DNA of 62,707 bases from positions 1 to 62,707 of the forward strand of contig JAQUHX010000001.1 in the NCBI GenBank assembly GCA_028681575.1, given 5' to 3'. Both the position numbers and the translations under genes were made by a program. The notes below the pieces were generated by a model. It was given only the letters and a program-made list of their open reading frames with translations, was not told the DNA's origin and did not search any database. Of the stretch, positions 10,004 to 18,161 are shown piece by piece. The stretch's first letter is position 1. Each line of letters begins with the position of its first letter. Source of the DNA: Patescibacteria group bacterium. GTDB taxonomy: Bacteria; Patescibacteriota; Patescibacteriia; Patescibacteriales; UBA12465.

Positions 10004-10822
10004 ATGGCGAAAAATCTCGGAAACATGAGCCTTGAAGAGCGCGCTAAATATTTGGCTCTAAAGGAGAAATACAAAAAGAAACTAACCCCTTGGTACAAAC
10101 GCTGGTGGGGAGTCGTGTTAATTATTATCTCTGGATTAATTTTAACCGCCCTGGTTGCCGCTGGTTTTTATATCTCCAATCTGACCACTAAAATTATAAA
10201 TGGCCAAGAAAACGAACTTTTGCTTAATTATTCAGAAAACAGCTTTCTTAACACAATTAATCCTCAAGAAACAGATTGGAATCGAATTATTTACGGACCA
10301 GGGACAAATTACTTTTTAGGAGTTGACGATGCGCTAATAACAATTGTTGAATTTAGTGATTTTGCCTGTCCTTATTGCGCTAAAGCTCACAAAATTGCTG
10401 AACAAATAAATACTCGTTATCCAGACAAGGTAAAATTCATCTACCGCGACCTCCCTTTACATGAAAACTCAATTGATCTCGCCTTAGCAGCGCGTTGTGC
10501 GGGCGAACAAGGAAGATTTTGGGAAATGCATGACCAGATATTCGCCAACCAAAAGGCTCTACCGCTAGACTCTCTAGAGCTTAAACCAGTTATTTACGAT
10601 TTAGCCGGCACATTAGGAATTAATGCTGCTTTATTTGATAAATGTTTTTCCGAAAAAAAATACACCAGCAATATCGCTGTTGACCTAGAAGACGCAATCG
10701 CTCTAAAAACGGAAGGTACCCCAACCTGGTTTATCAACGGTCGAGTAATGACTGGTTACTTAGAAGACAGCGCCTTTATTACAATGATTGATAGCTATTT
10801 AGAAACTTTAGGCAAGGAATAA
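10004..10822 (+). CDS. Membrane-anchored DsbA-family thiol:disulfide oxidoreductase
   Basis: N-terminal TM helix (WWGVVLIIISGLILTALVAAGFYI), then a thioredoxin fold with the CxxC motif FACPYCAKAH. Stop is 3 nt before porC. Confidence 0.8.
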   Translation: MAKNLGNMSLEERAKYLALKEKYKKKLTPWYKRWWGVVLIIISGLILTALVAAGFYISNLTTKIINGQENELLLNYSENSFLNTINPQETDWNRIIYGPGTNYFLGVDDALITIVEFSDFACPYCAKAHKIAEQINTRYPDKVKFIYRDLPLHENSIDLALAARCAGEQGRFWEMHDQIFANQKALPLDSLELKPVIYDLAGTLGINAALFDKCFSEKKYTSNIAVDLEDAIALKTEGTPTWFINGRVMTGYLEDSAFITMIDSYLETLGKE

Positions 10823-10825
10823 TTT

Positions 10826-11410
10826 ATGTCTTTTTCTACCACTCAAGTCCGAGTTCATGGTCGCGGCGGTCAGGGCGTAGTAACCGCTACTGAGTTAATT
10901 GCCTTAGCGGCTACTTTTGATGGCCAAGAAGCACAGGCCTTCCCTTTTTTTGGCGTAGAACGAAGTGGCGCCCCAGTGGTTTCCTTTGCCCGCATATCAA
11001 AACAACCAATTAAAACTCGGGAACAAATTTATCGCCCTGATTATTTAATTATTCAAGATGAAACTTTAATCGGCGATAAAAATATCTTAGCGGGCGCTCA
11101 TAACCAAACTAAAATTATTATTAACTCCACTTTATCCCCGGCTGAAATTAAAAAACAATTAAAGCCTTTATCCCCAAAAGATAAAATCTACGAAAAAAAT
11201 ATTATTTGTACTCCGGCAACAGTTGTCGCCTTAGAGGTAATTGGAAAAAATTTAGTAAATACCGTGATTCTGTCAGCCCTAGCAAAAAATAGCTCTTTGT
11301 TTTCTTTAGATTCACTAAAAAAAGCGGTCCGTCTAAAGCTAGCTTCAAAGGGAAAAGCAATTGTAGAAAAAAACTTAAAAGCGATTAAATTAGTTTATGA
11401 AAAATACTAA
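10826..11410 (+). CDS. porC: Pyruvate/2-oxoacid:ferredoxin oxidoreductase gamma subunit
   Basis: VRVHGRGGQGVVTATELIALAA motif, 194 aa, overlaps porD by 14 nt. Confidence 0.9.
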   Translation: MSFSTTQVRVHGRGGQGVVTATELIALAATFDGQEAQAFPFFGVERSGAPVVSFARISKQPIKTREQIYRPDYLIIQDETLIGDKNILAGAHNQTKIIINSTLSPAEIKKQLKPLSPKDKIYEKNIICTPATVVALEVIGKNLVNTVILSALAKNSSLFSLDSLKKAVRLKLASKGKAIVEKNLKAIKLVYEKY

Positions 11411-11693
11411 AAAAAATAACTCTCAATTGCGACAACCAATCAGCCAAGCGACGAGTTCACTGAAAAATAAAACCGGCTCTTGGAGAATTTATCGGCCAGT
11501 GGTTGATTATGATATTTGTATTGGCTGTTCTTTGTGCGCAAAATTTTGTCCTGATGCCTGTATTAAAATGCGCTCTCAAAAAAAATATCAGGGGAAAATA
11601 AAACCAATAATCGACCTAGATTATTGCAAGGGCTGTGGTTTATGCGCTAAAGAATGCCCTGTAAAGGCAATAAAAATGCTTGAAGATTTTTAA
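11397..11693 (+). CDS. porD: Pyruvate:ferredoxin oxidoreductase delta subunit (2x[4Fe-4S])
   Basis: Two ferredoxin-type cysteine motifs: CIGCSLCAKFCP and CKGCGLCAKECP. Confidence 0.9.
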   Translation: MKNTKKNNSQLRQPISQATSSLKNKTGSWRIYRPVVDYDICIGCSLCAKFCPDACIKMRSQKKYQGKIKPIIDLDYCKGCGLCAKECPVKAIKMLEDF

Positions 11694-12831
11694 TATGAGT
11701 TCTACAAAAAAACAATTTTTAGAAGGAGCAGCGGCCATTGCCGAAGTGATTAATCGGATAAAACCAGAGGTGGTTAGTGCTTATCCAATTACCCCCCAGA
11801 CTCACATTGTTGAAGATTTAGCACAACGAGTCGCTGACAACAAATCTGCTTATGAATATGTTCGTGCTGAGAGTGAATTTGCCGCCGCTTCAATTGTTTT
11901 AGGAGCAAGCGCCACTGGGGCCAGAACTTATAGCGCCACCTCTTCCCAAGGACTACTTCTTATGGCTGAGGTATTATACAACATCTCAGGAATGCGCTTA
12001 CCAGTAGTAATGACTGTTGCCAACCGAGCGATTTCTGGACCAATTAATATTTGGAATGACCATTCCGATATTATGGCTTTGCGTGATTGTGGCGCAATTT
12101 TATTATTTGCCGAAACGCACCAGGAAGCAATCGATCAGCATGTGCTCGCTTATAAAATTGCTGAATTTTTAAATTTACCTGTTCTTGTTAATGTTGACGG
12201 CTTTATTATGACCCATGCTTTTAGTGGTTGCTATTTGCCAGATTCAAAAACAATTAAAAAATTCCTTCCTAAACGAAATTTAGTTAAAGGAGAATATCTT
12301 AATCCACAATTCCCAGTTACTATGGGTGTTTTTGGTGGCCCAGATTCTTATTATTTATTCCGTCAGTTACTCCAGAAAGATTTGTTAAACTCTTTAAAAA
12401 ATATTAAAAAAGAATACGCAGACTGGAAAAAGATATTCCCTACGCCTAAAGAATCAGGCACTCTAACGAGCAATGGCTTAATTGAATATTACGGCTCTAA
12501 GAAACCAGCGCTAGTCATTGTAGCTATGGGAACCATCTGTGGCACAATTAAAAAAGTAATTGATGATTATCCAAAAAAGATTGGTTTAATTAAAATTCGT
12601 TGCTACCGTCCTTTTCCAAGTGTCGAAATCAAACGAGCCCTTAAAAAAACAAAAAAGGTTCTGGTATTAGAAAAATGTTATGGCCTCGGCCATGAATCAC
12701 CATTAAAATTAGATTTAAGCGCTGCTCTTTGGGGTGAAAAAATTGATTTGCGGTCTGAAGTCTTAGGCTTGGGCGGGCAAGATGTGACCGAAAAAAAAAT
12801 TACGAACTTAATTAAACATTATGAAAAATAA
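11680..12831 (+). CDS. porA: Pyruvate:ferredoxin oxidoreductase alpha subunit
   Basis: 383 aa. N-terminal AYPITPQT motif typical of POR alpha. Overlaps porD by 14 nt. Confidence 0.9.
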   Translation: MKIFNMSSTKKQFLEGAAAIAEVINRIKPEVVSAYPITPQTHIVEDLAQRVADNKSAYEYVRAESEFAAASIVLGASATGARTYSATSSQGLLLMAEVLYNISGMRLPVVMTVANRAISGPINIWNDHSDIMALRDCGAILLFAETHQEAIDQHVLAYKIAEFLNLPVLVNVDGFIMTHAFSGCYLPDSKTIKKFLPKRNLVKGEYLNPQFPVTMGVFGGPDSYYLFRQLLQKDLLNSLKNIKKEYADWKKIFPTPKESGTLTSNGLIEYYGSKKPALVIVAMGTICGTIKKVIDDYPKKIGLIKIRCYRPFPSVEIKRALKKTKKVLVLEKCYGLGHESPLKLDLSAALWGEKIDLRSEVLGLGGQDVTEKKITNLIKHYEK

Positions 12832-13807
12832 ATTAACACTTTTTTTGTTATCCCTTATTTTCTTAAGTGTTGCCACCGCTAACGTTGCTTCTGGCTCTGA
12901 AAAAAATTTTACCTTTACCCCTCAGGTAGGAATTCCTGATTCTAATTTTCAAACTGACAAACAAATCCCCATTGGAGAAGAAAAAAACGGGACGACGAGC
13001 AGCACCCTCTTAGCTGATTATATCACCTCTTTTTATACTTACGCCCTTAATATTTTAGGGGTCTTAGCAGTTTTAATTTTAATGGCCGGAGGAGTGCAAT
13101 GGATTATCTCCGGCGGTAACACTAAAAAAATTGAAAGTGCTAAAAAAATGATTGGTGGTTCTATTTTTGGCGGAGCTTTACTTATTGGTTCTTACCTCAT
13201 TTTAAATACTATCAATCCCGACTTAACTAAACTTCCCGCTATCGAAATGCCCATGATTGATAAAATCGAAACTGGCTGCTGCGATGAGGCTTTAGACGAT
13301 GGAACCGCCAAAATCACCAACACAAAAAACTGTGCTGAAGGAAAGTTGCTCCCTAATCATGCTATTGGGGCGAGCGGTAAGTGCGAAGGAAAAATGTGCT
13401 GCATTCAATATACATATCAAAAAGATGCAGTTTTATCTTGCACCATGAAATTAGCAAGTAACTGTGGTCCTAAAAAGGATTCGGTAAATGATAGCGTTGT
13501 TTATGAAGTCGGGTTTATGGATTGTGAAAACTTAGCAATTTGCAAAGAGGCAAGCTATTTAAATGACGACTGCAAAGGAATAAAGGATGGAGAAAGACCT
13601 AAGGGGCCTTATGGGAGCAATATCTGGTGTTATGACGAAAAAATCCACTCAGGATATAAAGCTCAAATAGGGGAGCGTTGCGGCAACAACGAAGGATCTC
13701 TTTGTTTTGATATTAAGTTTACAAAATGTAATCGAGATATGGGTGGAAGACGTTGTGAAACTGGTAATTGCTGCGAAGTCCACTCTGACGGAACAATGAA
13801 AAAATAA
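12821..13807 (+). CDS. Exported VirB2/TrbC-pilin-like protein with an 18-Cys C-terminal domain, inserted between porA and porB
   Basis: Signal peptide, then two hydrophobic helices split by the basic loop SGGNTKKIESAKKMIGG (core about 13007..13225), then about 190 aa holding 18 Cys. Overlaps porA by 11 nt. Paralogous to 14679..15788. Confidence 0.7.
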   Translation: MKNKLTLFLLSLIFLSVATANVASGSEKNFTFTPQVGIPDSNFQTDKQIPIGEEKNGTTSSTLLADYITSFYTYALNILGVLAVLILMAGGVQWIISGGNTKKIESAKKMIGGSIFGGALLIGSYLILNTINPDLTKLPAIEMPMIDKIETGCCDEALDDGTAKITNTKNCAEGKLLPNHAIGASGKCEGKMCCIQYTYQKDAVLSCTMKLASNCGPKKDSVNDSVVYEVGFMDCENLAICKEASYLNDDCKGIKDGERPKGPYGSNIWCYDEKIHSGYKAQIGERCGNNEGSLCFDIKFTKCNRDMGGRRCETGNCCEVHSDGTMKK

Positions 13808-13809
13808 TT

Positions 13810-14682
13810 ATGAAGCAATACCAATCTACAAAAATATGTCCCGGTCATAATGCTTGTGCGGGCTGCGGTGAATTAACTGCTGTTCAAGCGGCTTTTCGCG
13901 GCTTACCAGAAAAAGTAATTATCACCAATGCTACCGGCTGCATTGAAGTAACAACCACTTCATACCCAGAAAGTTCTTGGGGGGTGCCCTGGATTCACTC
14001 CTTGTTTGAAAATGCCGCTGCTCTAGCTTCTGGAGTTTTAGCGGCTCTAAAAGTTAAGGGCGATACAAAAACAAGAGTGGTGGCAATCGGCGGCGATGGG
14101 GCAACTTATGATATTGGTTTAGGCCTTATTTCGGGAATGTGGGAAAGAGGTGAGCGTATTCTTTATATTTGTTTTGATACTGAAGCTTACTCAAATACTG
14201 GCATTCAAGCCTCAGGAGCAACCCCCTACGGGGCAGCGACAACAACTACTCCTAGTGGGAAAGTCACTTCTGGAGCACACACCCACAAAAAAGATTTATT
14301 AGGAATTGCTTTAGCTCACGGCTTAAAATATGTCGCTCAAAGCACAGCCGGCTTCCCGGATGATATTACCAACAAGGTGAAAAAGGCTCTAACGGTTGAT
14401 GGTCCTAGTTATCTGCAAATTTTATCACCTTGCATTCCAGGTTGGAAAATAAAAAATGACGAAGCTGGCGAACTTGGAAAACTAGCCGTTAAAACTGGTC
14501 TCTACCCCTTACTAGAATACATTAATGGAAAACTAAGTGCTTCCAGTATTAACGCTAAATTTACTCCGGCGCCAGTTCAAGATTATTTAAACAAGCAAGG
14601 ACGTTTTAAAAATTTAAAAACAGCTGACCTGGAAATAATTAAAAAAATTGCTGAACAAAATGTTTCTAAATACCGATTATGA
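13810..14682 (+). CDS. porB: Pyruvate:ferredoxin oxidoreductase beta subunit (TPP-binding)
   Basis: CPGHNACAGCG Fe-S motif and GDGATYDIG TPP motif, 290 aa. Confidence 0.9.
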   Translation: MKQYQSTKICPGHNACAGCGELTAVQAAFRGLPEKVIITNATGCIEVTTTSYPESSWGVPWIHSLFENAAALASGVLAALKVKGDTKTRVVAIGGDGATYDIGLGLISGMWERGERILYICFDTEAYSNTGIQASGATPYGAATTTTPSGKVTSGAHTHKKDLLGIALAHGLKYVAQSTAGFPDDITNKVKKALTVDGPSYLQILSPCIPGWKIKNDEAGELGKLAVKTGLYPLLEYINGKLSASSINAKFTPAPVQDYLNKQGRFKNLKTADLEIIKKIAEQNVSKYRL

Positions 14683-15788
14683 AAAAAATATTTTACACTT
14701 TTGTTTTTGTAATATTAGGAATAATTTTTTTGATAGTGCCGGCAAAGGCGGAAGATGTTTGCGCGTGGACTGTCGGGGCTACGGGGCAAATTGCGCACTA
14801 TCTTTACTGCCCTACTAATTATGAAGAGAAGCAAGGCGCTTGTGATGGAGAACATCCTGGTCAAGGCTACATTTGCTGTTGTACAAAAATTACAATAGAA
14901 CCAACAAAAGAGCCTAAATTCACAAACCCTTCAGACACTTGGCAGGTAAAAATTCCCGGTTTAGAAAGATTGAGTGAAGTTAATTGTGCAGACGGCGTTT
15001 GTAAAATTCCTTGGATTTCTGAATACTCTTTTGGCCTTTACAGTTTCGCCCTCAATATTGCTAGCATTTTAGCGGTTTTAATTTTAATGGCCGCCGGAGT
15101 AATTTGGATTATTTCCGGTGGCGACCAAGGAAAAATTACTAACGCCAAAAAAATGATTGCCGGCAGTGTTACTGGCCTAGTCTTGTTAGTCGGGGCCAAT
15201 TTAATTTTAAGTTTCATTAATCCTGATTTAATAAAATTAAAAAGTTTAGAAATTGCCTATATTGAACCCTTGGAAAATCTCCCCGATGCTGATGTTGGTC
15301 AATTAGGAGAAGTCGCCCAAGCAGCCAACCCCTACCAGAAAGCTTGCGAAGCTAGCAGAAAAGGAGATTATTCCGCATGCCTTGCTTTAGGAGAAACTCA
15401 ACCAGCCGGACTGGTAACAACAAAAGCTATTGGCGGCTCAACTGTTTTTGTTGAACAATCCGTTCTTAATGCTTATCTATCAGCAATAGAGTGCGTCAAA
15501 GAAAAAAATAATGGTAAATTTCCTTTTGGAATTAATAACGCCTGGCGATCTCCTAAAAGACAAGTAGAGATAAGAATTAGATATGAAAACGAAGGAAGAG
15601 CTAAAGACGCAGCGCTCCCTTGTTGTTCAAATCATGGGTCCGGACAAGCAATTGATATCAATTATTTTGAAGGGAAAATGAGCTGGTCTTATAACGAGAC
15701 GAGTCATTTAAGAGAATGCATGAACGCTAACGGCCTCTACGCTAAGATTAGCAAAGAGCCTTGGCATTGGTCACCAACCGGAAACTAA
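14679..15788 (+). CDS. Exported Cys-rich / VirB2-TrbC-pilin-like / M15 (VanY-type) zinc peptidase fusion protein
   Basis: Signal peptide (PAKA/ED). 8 Cys in the first about 85 mature residues. Pilin-like two-helix core (about 15012..15230) nearly identical in pattern to 12821..13807. C-terminal AWRSPKRQ, SNHGSGQAIDI and EPWHW motifs of D-Ala-D-Ala carboxypeptidase/VanY peptidases. ATGA overlap with porB. Confidence 0.75.
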   Translation: MKKIFYTFVFVILGIIFLIVPAKAEDVCAWTVGATGQIAHYLYCPTNYEEKQGACDGEHPGQGYICCCTKITIEPTKEPKFTNPSDTWQVKIPGLERLSEVNCADGVCKIPWISEYSFGLYSFALNIASILAVLILMAAGVIWIISGGDQGKITNAKKMIAGSVTGLVLLVGANLILSFINPDLIKLKSLEIAYIEPLENLPDADVGQLGEVAQAANPYQKACEASRKGDYSACLALGETQPAGLVTTKAIGGSTVFVEQSVLNAYLSAIECVKEKNNGKFPFGINNAWRSPKRQVEIRIRYENEGRAKDAALPCCSNHGSGQAIDINYFEGKMSWSYNETSHLRECMNANGLYAKISKEPWHWSPTGN

Positions 15789-15821
15789 AAAAAGACCCGA
15801 TAAAGTCGGGTCTTTTTTTTT
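15789..15821. terminator. Bidirectional intrinsic terminator between the por unit and rnhA
   Basis: AGACCCGA (15793..15800) pairs with TCGGGTCT (15806..15813), with an A-run before and a T9 run after. Confidence 0.8.
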
Positions 15822-15831
15822 AAAAGTATTT

Positions 15832-16239
15832 TTAACAAGCGCGGTCCATTGCCTGATTTGCTAATCTGTCAGCCTCTTTATTTAACTCGCGTCGAACATG
15901 AAGAAATTTACATTGAGAAAAAGCCAAAGAAAGGTTGTGTACTTTTAGAAATAGAGGTGCCAAATCGGCATTTTTTACTTTATACTCTCGATTCAACTGC
16001 TTAACTACTAATTCGCTATCCAAATAACAATCAACTTCGCTTGCTTTTAATTCTTGAGCTTTAGAAAGGGCGGCAATTAAGGCTCGATATTCTGCTTGAT
16101 TATTAGTAGTTTTGCCTAAATATTCAGAAATTTCAGCGACAACCACGCCAGTTTCCGTAGTTAAAACGGCTCCAATCCCCGCTGGACCAGGATTACCACG
16201 AGCACCACCATCACTATGAATAATAATTTTTTTTACCAT
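15832..16239 (-). CDS. rnhA: Ribonuclease HI
   Basis: DGGARGNPGPAGIGAV and NNQAEYRALIAAL motifs. I prefer the internal start MVKKIIIHSDGG at 16239 because the listed start at 16272 would overlap the recJ 3' end. Confidence 0.85.
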   Translation of the reverse strand: MVKKIIIHSDGGARGNPGPAGIGAVLTTETGVVVAEISEYLGKTTNNQAEYRALIAALSKAQELKASEVDCYLDSELVVKQLNREYKVKNADLAPLFLKVHNLSLAFSQCKFLHVRRELNKEADRLANQAMDRAC

Positions 16240-16243
16240 ATAA

Positions 16244-18055
16244 TTATTTTTTTTCACTAAGCCGCAAATCAATTATTTTTAATTGCGCTTCTCGGCGACC
16301 GTTAAATTCATTAACTTCTAAAGTATAAACAACATCAACCTTGTCGCCAATACTTAAATCAGGATAAGTTTCAGCGGCATTAAAAGCCAAAGCCCAAAAA
16401 TAGTGGGGCTTATCATCAGAACTAAGGCGCAATTTTAAATGCTGATTATCTTGTCCCAAAAAAAGCAAGTCTGTGATAGTTAAATTATAACTAACAAGCT
16501 TCGGTTGGGGATTGTCCTGACCGAAAGGTTCTAATTTTTTTATTTCCTCTGCTAAATTTAAACTTAGATCCCCCCAAGGAAGTTCCGCTTCAATTTTTAG
16601 TTGCGGTAAAAGCTCCTGACCAGCCAACAACTCAGAAACGGCTGCAGTTAAATTACTGATAAATTTTTGAAGCTTAGCTTCGCTGGCAATGGAGAAACCG
16701 CAAGCCATTGGATGTCCGCCAAATTTATCTAAAAATTCCGCTTGATTTGTCAACGCAGCAACTAAATTTAATTCTTTAATAGAACGACCCGAGCCCTTAA
16801 AGGATAAGTTACCAGCCTCATCATTAAGACGAGAAATAATTAAAGTCGGACGATAATAACGCTCACAAATCCGACCAGCAACCAAACCGACAACCCCTTC
16901 GTTCCAGTTCTCCCCTTCGGGGGCAATGCCAATAATGATCGCCGGCAAATTACTAGGATTAATTTGTTTTTCCACTTGAGCCACAATCATTTCAGTGATT
17001 TGTTGTCTTTCTTGATTACGTTCATTCAACTCTAAAGCAAAGCGTCGAGCTGCTGTCTCCTCAGTAGCAGTTAACAAGCAAAAAGCACTATTAGCATGAG
17101 CCAAACGGCTAGCAGCATTTAAACGCGGAGCTAACTGCCAACCAATATTCCAAGCCTCTAAAGGCTTTTGATAATTAGAACGACTCTGGGAGATTTTAAC
17201 TAATGCCGCTAAACCAAGACGCTTCCCCTGATTTAAAATATTTAAACCACGCTTAACTAAAAGACGGTTTTCACCTAAAAGACTGACCATATCAGCCACA
17301 GTGCCAACAGCCACCAAGTCTAAAGTTTTCTCTAAAATTAATTTTTTTTGAATTTGAGAAAGTTCAGCCTTAAAAATTAAAGCACTCGCCAATTTAAAAG
17401 CTACCCCAACGCCAGCCAAATAAGGCCAAGGATAATGGTCGTTTTTATTGGAGGGATTAATAATTGGGCAAGGTGGCAAGTCTGATTCTTCTTCTGGCAA
17501 GACATGATGATCAGTAATAATAACATCAAGACCTAAGGATTGAGCCACCAAAACCTCTTTGCGATTACGAATGCCACTATCAACGCTGATAATTAAATTA
17601 GTGCCCTGCTTAGATAGCTGCTCTAAAGCCGAACAATTCAAACCATAACCCTCGCTAACACGATCGGGCAAATAAACGCTAACCTCAGCATGGAGAATTT
17701 TTAAAGTTTCAAATAAAACTGCGGCTGCAGTTACACCGTCAGCGTCATAATCACCGAAGATTACTATTTTATTATGGGCTTTTAAGTGTTTAATAATTAG
17801 AGCCACGGCCACGGCCATGTCTTTAAATAAAAAAGGGTCATAAAATAATAAATCACTATCACTAACGATATCCAAAACCTGTTCGGCTGGTAAATTTAGA
17901 GACAAAAAAGAACGAACCGCTTCTGAGCTTTTTAATCCGCGATTAAAGAAAAGTTGACGAAGAAGGGTTGATTCTAAAAAATCGGTCGCCAAAAAATCAG
18001 CTGGCATTAACGGAGCTAAGTGCCACCGTTTTTTTAAATTACAATTTGAGGCCAT
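16244..18055 (-). CDS. recJ: Single-stranded-DNA-specific exonuclease RecJ
   Basis: DHH motifs (DYDADGVTAAA, ITDHH) and DHHA1 GGHPMACG, 603 aa. Confidence 0.9.
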   Translation of the reverse strand: MASNCNLKKRWHLAPLMPADFLATDFLESTLLRQLFFNRGLKSSEAVRSFLSLNLPAEQVLDIVSDSDLLFYDPFLFKDMAVAVALIIKHLKAHNKIVIFGDYDADGVTAAAVLFETLKILHAEVSVYLPDRVSEGYGLNCSALEQLSKQGTNLIISVDSGIRNRKEVLVAQSLGLDVIITDHHVLPEEESDLPPCPIINPSNKNDHYPWPYLAGVGVAFKLASALIFKAELSQIQKKLILEKTLDLVAVGTVADMVSLLGENRLLVKRGLNILNQGKRLGLAALVKISQSRSNYQKPLEAWNIGWQLAPRLNAASRLAHANSAFCLLTATEETAARRFALELNERNQERQQITEMIVAQVEKQINPSNLPAIIIGIAPEGENWNEGVVGLVAGRICERYYRPTLIISRLNDEAGNLSFKGSGRSIKELNLVAALTNQAEFLDKFGGHPMACGFSIASEAKLQKFISNLTAAVSELLAGQELLPQLKIEAELPWGDLSLNLAEEIKKLEPFGQDNPQPKLVSYNLTITDLLFLGQDNQHLKLRLSSDDKPHYFWALAFNAAETYPDLSIGDKVDVVYTLEVNEFNGRREAQLKIIDLRLSEKK

Positions 18056-18157
18056 TTAAAAAGTAAGCATCGACCCCAAAGATAAAAAAATCATTGACGT
18101 GATTACAATTATAGAAACTACTACCCACAAAATGCGAGTACTTTCTTTTTTTTTCAT
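18056..18157 (-). CDS. Candidate 33-aa single-TM micro-protein (below ORF-track cutoff)
   Basis: Hand translation: MKKKESTRILWVVVSIIVITSMIFLSLGSMLTF*. ATG is 4 nt after the lepA stop. Its TAA abuts the recJ ATG directly (TTT TAA ATG GCC). Confidence 0.35.
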   Translation of the reverse strand: MKKKESTRILWVVVSIIVITSMIFLSLGSMLTF

Positions 18158-18161
18158 AAAA

